Source: Camelus dromedarius
Taxonomy: Eukaryota
Reading direction: 5' to 3'
Assembly (NCBI RefSeq): GCF_036321535.1
Contig: NC_087436.1
Span: forward strand, 101,744,001-101,808,000
Length of the DNA stretch: 64,000 bases
In this document: piece after piece, positions 38,224-50,859 of the stretch
How positions within the stretch are numbered: the first letter of the stretch is position 1
How the letters are laid out: every line of letters starts with the position of its first letter
Translations under genes and position numbers: made by a program
Notes under the pieces: model-generated
What the model was told of the DNA's origin: nothing
What the model saw: only the letters and a program-made list of their open reading frames with translations
Database searches by the model: none

Positions 38224-38939
38224 TTAAAAAAATTTTTTACTTGAAGTATAGTTATTTACAATGTTGTGTTACTTTCTAGTGTAAAGCATAATGTTTCAGT
38301 TATCTGAAACTATATATGAATATAAACAATTATATGAAATACATATATATATTCTTTTCCATATTCTTTTTCATTATAGGTTATTATAAGATATTGAATA
38401 AAGTTCCCTGTGCTATACAGTAGAATCTCATTGTTTATCTATTTTATAATAGTAGTTAGTATCTGCAAATCCTGAAATCCCAGGTTATCCCTCCACACTC
38501 TCCCTTACTCCTGGTAACCGTAAGTTTGTTTTCCATGTCTGTGGGTCTGTTTCTGTTTTGTAAGTAAGTTCATTTGTGTCTTTTTTTTTTTTTTTAAAGA
38601 TTCCAAGCATAAGTGATACAGTATTTTTCTTTCTTTTTCTGGCTTACTTCACTTAGAATGACATTCTCCAGGTGCATCCATGTTGCTGCAAATAGCATTA
38701 TTTTATTCTTTTTTATGGCTGAGAGTATTCCATTGTATAAATATACCACAACTTCTTTATCCAGTCATCTGTCGATGGACATTTAGATTACTTCCATGTC
38801 TTTGTATTGTAAATAGTGCTACTATGAACATTGGGGTGCATGTATCTTTTTGAATTAGAGTTTCCTCTGGATATATGCCCGGAAGTGGGATTGCTAGATC
38901 ATATGGTAAGTCTATTTTTAGTTTTTTAAGGACTCTCCA
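38224..38939 (-). mobile_element. 5'-truncated artiodactyl-type L1
   Basis: Antisense 3' terminus 'ttgaagtatagttatttacaatgttgtg' through ORF2 end 'ggatatatgcccggaagtgggattgctagatcatatgg'; 18-bp TSD taatgattac(c/t)tg(a/c)tctt at 38206-38223 / 38940-38957. Confidence 0.95.
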
Positions 38940-39078
38940 TAATGATTACTTGCTCTTACATTACAGTATGCTTTATTATATACTGCAACAATACAATCCA
39001 GCATTCTTGATTTTACATATATTGAAAGGAAATTTCTATAATGTTTCATATAAACTGATCAATAAGTAACATTTTGAA

Positions 39079-39385
39079 CAGCACTATCCTGTGGAATACA
39101 CTGTGAACTACATATGCAATTTTAAATTTTCTGGTAGCCACATTGTTAAAAGTAAAAAAAAAGTTAAATTAATTTAATAACAGTTTAAGAAAAATATAAT
39201 TACATCATCGATTAAATATATAATCAGTATGGAGTTATGAATAATATATTTACATTTTCTGCATAATTGTTTGAAATGCAAGTATACATTTTATATTTAA
39301 AATGCATCTCAATTCAGACCAGCCACATTCTAAACGTTCAGTATTCACACATGGCTAGTGACTGTTATAAGGTAAGTGAAGCCTT
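39079..39385. mobile_element. hAT-Charlie MITE, MER33-like
   Basis: 'cagcactatcc...catatgcaattttaaattttctggtagccacatt...catctcaattcagaccagccacatt...cacatggctagtg'. Confidence 0.75.
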
Positions 39386-42300
39386 ATCTATGTCAAAGAC
39401 CCCAATCCACAATTTGAAAATTTTCATATACAATATCCTCAGTTCTTTATTCATAGTTTATATATTTGTTTTTATATTTGAAGATTAAGTATCCACTTTG
39501 ATTTTTGATTTTTGATTATTTGACAGCTTCACTTTACATCATCTTCAAAAATGGAAATTCATTTATTTCTATTTATCACTTTTCACTGCTAATAAAATAT
39601 CCTTTATTTTACATTAGTCAATGTAATATGTTAAATTAAAGATACAAACAATGACAAAGAACATAAACTTCCTTAAATATGTGGGCAATATATTTTTCTT
39701 ATTTTAATGTAAGATTTGGTTGGATACATGTAATAGAATTAACTGGTTCAAATTTTTTCAATTGTAGATTTTGAAGTATTACAAAGATATCCAAAATGTT
39801 CATTTTTAACTATTCATTTAGGTACTTGTGATATTTTTTTAATTAAATGGCTGTGTGAAGAGAAGCCTTTTTTTTTTTCTCTCTAACTGGAAGTCATTGC
39901 TTAGGGTCATTTTGAAATAAGAAATTTAGGAAGAGTGTGTAGGTTAAATTTATATTCAGAACACTCTACTCAATTTTCTCAAGGACCTTTAAACTGTCTT
40001 CAGATAATAGAAACAGATTTTTAATGGCTTTATTTCACTTTAGGCCATGATCAACATAGTGAAATTCTAAAACACTGGTATGTGGCATCTAGACAGATAT
40101 ATCTGATTCAGATATCATATGGGTTTAGATAAAATTACCCTCAACTGGAATAATACATTGTTGAAGATACTCAATATTGAGTATTCATTAGTTAAAAAGA
40201 CAAAATTTTTCACTATGAAAATTTCTAAGGACAATAAAAAATAGTTTCACTAATTTTATATCTATATATTATTTGTCTGATATATATATAGTCTGATATG
40301 TATATATGGTTGTTACTAGTCTTTGAACATATTAAAAGCAAAAGCCATTTTTACGTATGTTTAAATAACTTAAAAATCTACTCAGCACAGTGTTTTTTAC
40401 ATAATACATCTCACTGGGTATAAATAAATGAAACACGTCAGGGTAGATAACTAAATTATGAACTTTGAAAATAATAACTTTATAAGATAATGATACACAT
40501 GGGGAACATAAAATCTCAGCAAGTCATTAGAGCTCATCAATAAACTGAGGTTTAAGGCGATACTATCTATGAACATTTTAACAGGAGAACTTCCTGTTTT
40601 TAAAATACTTTCTTTTTATGTTTTAACAAAATGCTTTTAAATGATTTATAAAATAGTTGTTCTAATTATAACCTTTGTTACATCATGGTAGGACATCTTT
40701 CCCATTATATGAGACCTTAGTAGAAAAATAATATACTTACTAAAAATGTACATTGTACTTTCAAAAACATTACTATGAAACATTGAAGTGTATATACAAT
40801 AAATTTAAGAAGTTCTCAAAATTATAGAAATAATATAGAAATAATACTGATAGAATGAATAACATACCACCCTCTATTGGCTTAAGCCAGAGACTTTATA
40901 CATAACTATCACATGTGATAATGCTTAATTTTCAAGAAAGCAAACTGACTCATTATTAAATAATGTAGTAAGTATTTTATAACCTAAATTTTATCTTGTT
41001 TCAAAAATATAGTGCATTCAAAATATAGTTTCTATAAAGATTGAGTACTTTCATATACTAAAGCTAATTAAGCACAAAAAAGGAAAAGATCAATCACTAT
41101 GCCTTGTGCAGAGCAGACAGTAAAGAAGGTGTTTGTTGAGAGAATGGGTGATTAGCATTAACGTAAGTCTTCATGACACTCCTCATTACGATATTCAATA
41201 CCCAGATGGATAACTAGGTTGTTATTTATTAGTAAGTTAATGTGTTGTTTTCTAGTCATGATAGTTGATTTGTTATCATGGCCCTACTGGAAAAGTAAAG
41301 AACAATACTTAGTTAATGTTTATTCATTTTTTTTTCTTTAAACATCCATCTTAACAAGAGATGGCATTTTTGGATAGATTTCCAGGAGAGTGTGACATGC
41401 TGAAGGTAAGAGAACAAAATGTATGCATTGGATGTCAATTCACAATCTGTAATTTTGTAAAGTACCTGGGCTTTAAATTATATTTTCTAACATTTGGTTG
41501 TTTGCTAATTTAACGATATTTAGTAAATCTGTAATTACTAATTCTTTGATTACCGAAAAATGATGCATTTGCCACAGAGATTTAAATAATTACATTTTAG
41601 CTATTTTTTGAAGTTGCTAATATAGTTTTATATTTCATTGCTATGTGTAAGATTTGGATATCATGATTTGCATTGATCCAGGTCATTTTATTAGCTGAAT
41701 AACCAATTATTAAATCCTATTATAGTCCCTGTTCACTAGCCACTACAAAACAAATAAATAGTAAATGATAAAACTCCAATTCTCAACACAATGAGTATGA
41801 TATATGAGATACACAACAACAAAAAAGTAGTGAACCTTATTAACTACTTCTACAAAGCTTTGACAGGGAGATTTATGTTGTTTTATTCTAATTATGACAT
41901 AAGCAATGTGAATGATTTAGAAATAAGAAGTGGCAGACCTTGGAAATAAAAACTATATTAAAAAACAGTGATTTTAATGATAGAAGCAGAAGAAAAGAGA
42001 TAGAATTAAGAATTTTTATAAATTATGGAGGATAAGTGGATAAAAGTTGAATTTCCATATTACCATATTACTTTTTTTTAACTTATCTTAAATTCCTAAA
42101 AACTAAGTCACAAGTAGCATAGGTCCTCTCAATTATTTATCCATTTAAAATCTCAAGAAAATTGTAAGTTGTAAAAATGTTAGTATATGATCTTATTACT
42201 GTAAATTTCTGCAAAGAATGAAGGGAATTTGGTTAGTCATTTTCATAATGTTGAAATTCCAGATGGTAAAGTTCTAACATATTTAAATAATAAGCACTAT

Positions 42301-42695
42301 TACTATTTTCTTATTTCACATGTGCTGAAGATAATTGGTTATATTAATATTTTTATTGGTTAAATTACAAACACTATCAAATTGCTATTATTTGATTTTT
42401 TTTAAAAAGCTGAGAGCACACAAAAAATAAATTGAGGTTAATGTAGTTAAAGCGAGAGAAAGAGAGAAAAGAAACTGCTTCCATAGATGAAATCATGGAG
42501 ATTTATTTCAAAGATGTGCTTCTTTCAAAATTATTTTCTTCTAATTCTTCAAGTTCTATGCATGTTAATGCCCCATGACTACAATGCAGGTGTGAAAAAA
42601 AAAAATCAAGTTTGTTCTCATTCACACCATGAAAATCCTTAAGGATTAAAAACAGCTTTTATTTCACCACCTGCCTTGTTTCATGAAATTAAGTC

Positions 42696-42722
42696 TGTGT
42701 GTGTGTGTGTGTGTGTGTGTGT
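42696..42722. repeat. (TG)13 microsatellite
   Basis: Read directly. Confidence 0.97.
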
Positions 42723-43014
42723 CTATGTTTGAAAGTCCCACTCAATACTTTATCACCCTTTGACAATTGACATTTCTGATCTTAGCTTATTCTTATAAAA
42801 TTAAAGAAAAATATGTACTTAAGTATATATTATATTATAACTGCTAAATATTCTATACCTAAGAGAAAATTAACTACTGCAAAGTTTGTTCAGGGGGAAA
42901 AAAGGTAATATATAAATTATTTAAAGCATGTTACTATTTGAATGAAAATATCTCTGAATCATTAAAATTGATTTTTTTTTATTTCCTAGGACAAATAAAC
43001 TTTGTGGACATATG

Positions 43015-43511
43015 ATATATGTAACCTACAGCTACTGTTGACAAACAAACCATCTCACATCCCAGTGGTTTAAACATTTATTATTACATCTCATGAGTCA
43101 GGAGATCTTGGATTTGCAGATCTCATCCAGGCTCCCTTAGGCTTCTGGGTAATCTGGCTCATGCATTTGCAGATGGGCTGGAGGCTTCACTCAAGGCTGG
43201 TTTGGCCAGAGTAGCTTAGCTGGGGAAGTGATGGTCCATGTGTCTTTCATCCTATTTCTCTGACTTGCAGGTCAGCCTCGATATCTTTCCAATGAAAATG
43301 GTAAAGGCTGAAGAAAGGCAAGCAGAATACTCTGGGCTTCCTGAAATCCAGGCTTAGAACTGGCAGCATCAATACTGTGGTCACTCAGTTAGTCAACTCA
43401 TGACTGAATTTACAGGTGGGAGTTTCTTCCCATGCACGGTGGGAAAACTTTGCAAAGGGTTTAGATTCAGAGAAAAGTGACATATGAGGCCATTGATGCA
43501 AAGTTACTACA
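43015..43511 (-). mobile_element. MaLR MLT1 (H-like) LTR
   Basis: 'acaaaccatctcacatcccagtggtttaaacatttatta...ggtccatgtgtctttcatcc...ccaggcttagaactggca...ggccattgatgcaaagttactaca'. Confidence 0.75.
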
Positions 43512-43569
43512 AAGTGAAAAGTTAATTTTCTTTATGTTTTTCATACATGATAAAAATAACCCCATTTTT

Positions 43570-44270
43570 ATTTATAAAAATAAACTTCACAATTAAACAG
43601 AGAAAAGTAAATTAAAATAACAATGAGATACTGTTTTTTAATCAGGTATGCAAAAGCAAAAAAAGAAATGGATATTAACCTTATGAAAATATGTCCGTTG
43701 CTAGAAATAACATAAATATGTGCAGTCAACTTGGAAAATTGTCAGTATTTACTAACATTGAAAATATTAAGAACATATGACGGAGCAATTCTGCTTTTAA
43801 GTATTTAAATATTTTGGATCCCGATATCTCTGAGAATTTGACAAAGTAAAGATATCCGTTTCCTAGAAAAATTCATATAGTGCATTCACAAATAGGTTTG
43901 CATATTTTAAGTGTTTCATTTAAATCTACAGCCTATACAATATCTACTAAGAGACTATTAACTCCATTCACAGGTACATAGGAGTTAAGGATGAAGATGT
44001 TCAGACAACACTGTGTGGAATAGCAAAATCTGGTATTATCCCAAGGGCCTAAAGATGAAGACCTAGAAAAGACAATGTAGTTACTCACATGGAAGAATAT
44101 CACAAAGCTATTCAAAGACTGTACTAGATCCATAAGATGTCAATAAGAATGAATCTCTGTAGCATAAAGATCACTGGAAAAGATACAGTTCAGTATTAAA
44201 CCTTAGATACTATGCAAATTTCAGTTAAAAAACTCACAAAATGTTGCTATATGATTATGGATGCATATGT
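43570..44270 (+). mobile_element. L1ME-like ORF2 end and 3' UTR fragments, apparently interrupted by a hAT-like MITE at about 43800-43990
   Basis: 'taaattaaaataacaatgagatac', 'catatgacggagcaattctgcttttaagtat', 'cacatggaagaatatcacaa'; insert 'tgagaatttgacaaag...cctagaaaaattcatata...tttgcata'. Confidence 0.5.
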
Positions 44271-44384
44271 GTTCGAACTGGCCAACTCACATTAAACATT
44301 GGAGCGAGTGTGACTACGGGTAGTGGAGTGCAGATTTTATTTGAAATAAAGCAAATAATTTATTTTTAATATTATATATATGTA

Positions 44385-44520
44385 TATCATTGAACAAGTT
44401 ACTTCACCTCACTAAGCCTCAGTTTCCTCACTCATTGAAGGGATGGCACCAGTCACCACTTGACAACTTTACAGTGAAGATTAACTGCAGTGATACATGC
44501 AAAACAGTAATGAGTGTTTT
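44385..44520 (+). mobile_element. MIR core
   Basis: 'ttgaacaagttacttcacctcactaagcctcagtttcctca...gtgaagattaa'. Confidence 0.7.
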
Positions 44521-44529
44521 TCAGGTTAA

Positions 44530-45300
44530 GAGTTATTGCTTTAACATTTACTTATTGACTATCTACTATATGTTAGGCATCAGTGTAGGTCCAGAAGAAA
44601 GTAGTGAACACAAGAATGATGTTTCTTCTTTTAAGGATCTTGAGTTTTAGATGGGTGCTGTTGAACCAATGAAAGAACATATGATGGATGGATCGTTGGA
44701 TGGATGGAGATACGAGTGATAATATCAGAATATTAAAATACAGTTGATTTCGTAGGCTGTGTGATGGGGTGGCCGACTTTAGGTCTGATGATGAAGGAGG
44801 AGTTATTCAGAAGGCTACATTTAAACTGAGGTAAATTATGTGAGTCAACCATGGGAAAAATAGAGGAGACATTGAAGGAAGAGAAAAATCACTAAGGCAG
44901 AAATGTGGGTGTTCAAGGAAGTATAAAAAGGCTGAGTGGCAGGGACATTGTAGGGAAGGAGAAAAGGGTAAAAAAAGCAGTCACAGGAACGTGCGTGAAA
45001 CACACATGTAAGTTGTGAAAGCTGAGGTAAGGAGTCATAGCTGGATTTCAAATGCGTGTGGTTTTAAGCAAGTGAGTTATATAACATGATATACGTTTTA
45101 AATAATCTCTCTGCTACCATGAGGACAATGCATTACTGGGAATAAAATATAAGAGAGGACATTTTAGGAATATCTTGAGCTAATCCAGGTGTGACATGGT
45201 AGTGGGTGGAGCTAAGGAGAGAGGTAAGAATGGGCAAAAATGACAGATTTAGGATCAGTTTTACAGGAGATTCCGCAGGACTTCCTGATGAGTTAGTCAC
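44530..45300 (-). mobile_element. L2 fragment
   Basis: 'catttacttattgactatctactatatgttaggcat...ggttttaagcaagtgagt...atctctctgctacc...taatccaggtgtgacatgg...caggacttcctgatgagtt'. Confidence 0.7.
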
Positions 45301-45499
45301 GGTAACCCAAAGAAAGTGAAACCAGAAAAATCCTAGCAACTAATTATTGTAAGATAATTCCTAGTGATTATTAGTTTAAGTGTTGTTTTTGCCTAAGTCA
45401 ACTCAGAACGGCAAGTAAAAGATAAATGCAAATAAGCACCGATGCTATATACAAAACCACTTATAGTTTATTTTACAAAATAGTGTTAGCAGTGACGTT

Positions 45500-45694
45500 A
45501 AAACAACAAAAGAAACAGACTCACAGATATAGAGATCAAAGTAGTGGTTGGTTAACAGTGGAGAGAGAGAAGGGGTGGGAGGTTAAAAGGAGGCTATTAC
45601 GGGATTATATGAAATAATGTGTGTAAGACTTGAAAATTGTGAAGTACTAAAGAATTTAAAAATCCTTCATCCAATTAAAAACATTTAAAAAAAT
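45500..45694 (+). mobile_element. L1 3' UTR end with A tail
   Basis: 'aaacagactcacagatatagagatcaaagtagtggtt...gggattatatgaaataatgtgtgt...caattaaaaacatttaaaaaaa'. Confidence 0.65.
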
Positions 45695-46519
45695 AACTTA
45701 ATCATAATACCTAAAAAGTTCCTCATCAGAAAACAACAAATTGAGAAATAAATAAACATATTTGCCATACTGAGAAGGTGATCCTTAAATTAAGGTGGGA
45801 ACCAAAAAATTAGGGAAGTCGTATTTATATTTAAAGTTTATCCCTGAGCCTCCATCAGTTAAAGCCAAAAGAGAAATCTAACAGATAAACAAATTATAAT
45901 TTTCGGATAGCTGGCCACATAAGAGACAAGAGCAGAAAACACCACGCTTTTTCTGGCTCTGAGCTGAGAGAAACTGCTACAGAAAATTTAAACAATATAA
46001 CGAACAGCATACCCTCTTGGTTTCGCATATTATTTCAGAATAATATTTGAGCTTTGCATTTACATAAGCAAGTGGCCTATTGAAGCAGAGCCAAATTCAA
46101 TCTCTTTGCTGCACAGAAAGAAAATGCTGGCAGCGTTAAATTAGCAGATTGTCCCCAGTGAATTGACAGGATCACTTATGGAGTAGCCTCAAGTTCCTTT
46201 AGAGGCCAGCACACAATTAATTATTTTATTCATTTCTTTAACAAATGTTTGCCATTATCATTTGTTTTAGAACAATTCTGTGAAGGCTATTGTGTGTAAA
46301 TAGTAACTTAAAACCATATAAATGAGGATCAAGCATGTTCTTTGTCCACTGTGGGAAAACACGCAGATGAGATACAAAAGACAGAACATAAAATTGGTCA
46401 CTGGACTTAGCCATCTGCAGATAAAGTCTTTTGAGAGGGCTTTTTATTTGATAAGAGAGTTAGAGATTTGTTCACTGATGTGTTTGCCTTCCTGAATGCA
46501 GCACCTACCTAGAAAGTCC

Positions 46520-47010
46520 CAAGAAAGGAAGTTACTTGGGGATAGGACTTCCAACATGGAACTCTTTTGGACATAGAAAAATGGGGAAAAAGGACATCAC
46601 TGGGAAAGAAAACGAATGAAAGTGCAGCAAACGAAAAGGGTATAATGAGAAAAAGTAAGGATGAATAGTCAAGCGTGGATTGAGGCTTTGTGTTATAATG
46701 ATGAATGCAGGCGATAAAGCTTAAAAGGTAGATTAAAAATGGAGCCTAGTGTACCTTTCCTATAGTAGGTTTCCTTTTTTTTTTTTGGCTAGAAAATTTT
46801 ATTTATTTATTTATTTCAACATTTTTTTATTGACTTATAATCATTTTACAATGTTGTGTCAAATTCCAGTGTTCAGCACAATTTTTCATACATGAGTAGG
46901 TTTCCTGACTTCAAAATGTATACTTCCCTGTGGAGAACATGGAAATTTATTGGCAATTAGGTACATAAAAGCCATGCTTTAGGAAAATCAATCTGACAGC
47001 AATGAGAAGG
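46520..47010 (-). mobile_element. Degraded L2 hosting a young L1 insertion
   Basis: 'aaggacatcactgggaaagaaaac...', resumes with 'catgctttaggaaaatcaatctgacagcaatg'. Confidence 0.45.
46776..46894 (-). mobile_element. Very short young L1 3' end with perfect 12-bp TSD
   Basis: TSD agtaggtttcct at 46764-46775 and 46895-46906; insert is a T-tract plus 'ttattgacttataatcattttacaatgttgtgtcaaattccagtgttcagcacaattttt'. Confidence 0.88.
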
Positions 47011-47639
47011 AGGAAGATGGGGTCCCCATGGAGCTCATTTGGTTCCGTGCACTCATCATCCAATACTCAGACTTGGAACTTTTGGCCCACTTTAGTCCAA
47101 TACAAAACTAAAAATGTACATTTCTGTAGTAACAAGATCAAGGGAATTAAACAGAAACGTTTAACATTTCAAAGGTACTGCTACTCATGAAAGAAAGAGA
47201 AGGATGGCCACATAACATAAGAGTCATGACAGGTGAGTGGATGGAGAGGGAGACTTTAGAGGCAAGAGGTAAACATGCTTCTCCATGGCGCAGACTAGGA
47301 AAACTTGCACTGGTCACTTTTTTCTGTATGTATTTATGTATTTATAGGATGAGACCCTATTGCTGCATTGCTTGCCATGAATAATTCCATTGTAAAACAG
47401 AAAATAAAGTAAAACAAAAAAAAACTGTAACACCACTGGAAATCAAGAAACACAGCAAACAGCAGGAGAGAAATAAAAAATGTTTCATCCTGAGCTTTGC
47501 TTTAGATCAGTTTATAAAAGTGGGAACTATTTCCTCAACATTTTGTAAGAATTCACATGTAAAATGTATCAATTTGTATTTCCTAAAAGAACATTTATTT
47601 TATATAATTTCAAGTTTTTTCTTTCAAAGTTGGAAAATA

Positions 47640-47900
47640 TAGTAAAATGTAGCTTATGGAATATAGAACAAATAATAACTATAATAAAATATGAGCATAA
47701 TATAATAAATAAAACAAAATGTTATATAACAAACATGTATGTTTATAAATATATATTATATTTATAAAATATAATAATATATATAAATATATAATATGTA
47801 AATAAATATATAAAAAATATAAAAATAAATATAGCAAAAATATTATGTGCAAAATACATATAAAATAAAATATACTAAATTTTATTTATATTACTATATG
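47640..47900. repeat. AT-rich low-complexity tract
   Basis: Nearly pure A/T with degenerate (ATA/TATA) repeats. Confidence 0.85.
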
Positions 47901-49129
47901 ATTGTAAAGTAATGTATAGTTCTGCATTTATAGGATTTCCCAATATAAATATATACATTTTTTCATGTTAAATGTAGTTATTTTGTTTTCTAAAAAATTT
48001 TCTTAAATTCTACCACAAACTATTTGTTTCATCTAATAGATTTTAATATTTATATCTCCTATTCTATTAATTTAGCTATAATACTCATATATATACATTA
48101 TTTTCAGTGCACATATTTTATGGGTCTTCTAATTCTTGAAATAAAGGATTATTTTATTTCATTTTTGATTTATGATTATCATTTTTAATTTATCAACTTA
48201 TTCTGCCAATAATTTTCAATTTACAAAAATGTAAATTTTCCTCTGAAGTTTTTCACTTCTATGAAGATTGATAAATAATGCTTTTGTTTTATTTACTAAA
48301 GGTGGTCTAATTGCAGCTTCACATTATATTTCCAAAATATAAATATTTTAAAGAAACTTTTATTACTATTTGCTGATTTTCTTGAATCATGATGAATTAA
48401 AATATTACTTATTTACTTCTAGTATTGTTATGCTCAATACAAGCTAAATTTTGTGACTATTTCAAGGGCTTTAGAAAAATTTTACTCTTCATCTTTTAGT
48501 AATAATTTGACATATTTCCGTTGTGCTAAGCATATAAATTAAACTATTAGATATCTTCCATGTGATTTGTTTACTTTGCTTCTTTTATTTGTTCTTCCAA
48601 AAACTGAGATATGTGTGTTTAGGTCAAAATCACTTCACAGAGTTTGTTTGTAGCTTTTCCCCCTCATAATTAACCGTGGAAGCCAAATACTTCAAATCAA
48701 ATAGCATGGTGGATTGGATTACCTTTAAACTTGTATTCTGTTTTTGAACGTAGCTCTCAAATCCTCATCCTACGGGAGGATATGGCAATAGTCCCATGGA
48801 AGACATAGTCACACCATGATAGGGTAGCTTTCAAAATATTCCCTTTCCTCTCCGTTTCAGGGTGTAAAACTTGGGCATGCAATGACACAAACCTGGGACA
48901 GATTGTCCTCATTCTCATTCTATCTACCTTAATCTTAGCGGGGGAATTCCTTCCAGATTCTGGACTTAGATTGCAAGTGATATGAGAGTTTTGTGTTTGT
49001 CTGTGTCTTCACATGAATCCTACCTAGATGTTTGGTGACACTGCTGTACTGAAGTCAGACAGCGTATTCAACCGGCAGTCATGTGGCTCACGTATTTAAC
49101 AAGAAAAAAGCAGCTAGCTATTTGCCTAA

Positions 49130-49463
49130 TCACCAATCCCCCTCCTCCCAAACCTGGAACTCTTCTATTTGCACCTCCAGACCTACTCTCTCCCTTCTCC
49201 ATCCTGGTCTGTGGCTGATGTGCCTTCATCAACAGGCAGTGACTGGAAGAGCTGGGGAGAATGGGATTAGGCAGTTTATTTCCCTGGTCTCTACTCCAGA
49301 CCTGGTCCCTGAAGGTTGGCTTAGGAGTAACGCAGGCTCCCTATTCTGTTCCTTGGGGTTGGCTTCACAGTCACACAACTTTGTAAATCTCCCCTTTATT
49401 AAAATAGTCTCATATTATCAAGGATTTGTCAGTTCTTTTTCCCCAGGGACACTGACTGACACA
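49130..49463 (+). mobile_element. ERVL LTR16-like LTR
   Basis: 'gggattaggcagtttatttccctgg...cacacaactttgtaaatctcccctttattaaa...cagggacactgactgacaca' terminus. Confidence 0.6.
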
Positions 49464-49763
49464 CCATCATTGATTAAGTTATGTCTGTATAACTTTTGCT
49501 GCATTCAATTACATAAATATATATGCCCAGCCCATCTCTCTAATTCCCAATATCGACAATATTGACAACTCCTGATCTGTGTGAAAGCTGTAAACCAGAA
49601 CTTGTTACATTAAAAAGAGTGACTCATAGGATATAATCATAGTGGAATTTTGTTTTATCTGTCACTGACGCTTCATATGTGATTTGAATGGCTAGATCTT
49701 CTACTGCTACTGCATAAAATTTAGGAAAATTGCAACAAAATTTATTGCAACCTTGACTTTCAT

Positions 49764-49787
49764 ACACACACACACACACACACACAC
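49764..49787. repeat. (AC)12 microsatellite
   Basis: Read directly. Confidence 0.95.
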
Positions 49788-50065
49788 TCTCTCCTGTTTC
49801 ATTTAAACAATTAGTTTTCCAGGTCTGTTTGTAATGGTTGAGATTTCATTTTTGCTTTTTCTTCTCCACATCAGCATCCTGCAGGCAGGAAGCCTGTTCT
49901 CCATCCTTGTCTCTAGAGGGAGCCATTCAATTATGATCACTTCACACCATTGGAAAAGCTTTGCCCCATCAGAATATACATTATTTTCATTTTGCTGTTC
50001 TCCAGTACTGCACAGTTCATTTTCTCCATTTCTTCTTAGTGATCCAGTAACATCTGAGACAATAA

Positions 50066-50758
50066 TGACTGATAATGTTGAACTTTACCTGAGCCCTGTG
50101 CTCCTGAAAAACAGCAACAGTTAAGAAACCTCCCCAACCTTTGCAGCTGGGAAAGAGTATCTTTTAAAGAGCCATCAGCCCCCGTTTGACTAAAGTAAGA
50201 CTCCCAGATGGACTGACCTTCTTATTCACCTATGACAGCGACAGACACAATCCTAAAATTCCTATTATTTGTCACACAAATGATTAGCTGAATGATTTGC
50301 CTTCACTGGCCAAACAGGGCAAAATGCTAATCTGTCCTTACCCAAATTCAGTCAAGGGTCTTCTCTTCACACAGGTCCTTGACCTGACCCACTCTTGAGT
50401 AAGAATATGAATGCAGAAAATCTCTCCTTAATGGCCCCTCTAGAGAATCTACTGATCTCAAGGAAAAACATTTGCTGGTCAAATGTCTGATCACACCATG
50501 TGCTTATCCCCATACCCCTACACCTGGTTCTTGCTAGCATGTTTACTCCTCCCTATGAACGAGAAGCCATCTTGCCTAATGAATGCCCATCTTTGCCTAA
50601 CTTGGAGATGCTTGAAGATCTTATGATCAAACTATTATCCCTGTTGCAACAGTCCCTTTCTCCCATTGCTATAATTCATTCTCCTACCCCTATTTGCAAC
50701 AGTATCTTCAAATAAAGAGACTCCTTATTGAAGTCTAGATTTTATTCTTTATTGGACA
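50066..50758 (+). mobile_element. ERV1 solo LTR, MER67-like
   Basis: Starts 'tgataatgttgaactttacctgagccctgtgctcctgaaaacagc'; repeated 'ccct(g/a)tt(t)gcaacagt' before AATAAA (50711); ends 'ttattggaca'. Confidence 0.7.
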
Positions 50759-50859
50759 TAATGATATCCTCAGTTGCAGGCTAAAGTAGAGACTCCTCAA
50801 TACTAATCAGTAATCTTTACAATTCAACTTTGTATTGTTTATTAATTACCTAATTATTT

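Noticed and set aside
49083..49565. 160-aa ORF, the longest in the track
   Set aside because: GTG start, lies largely over an LTR16-like element, no recognisable domain.
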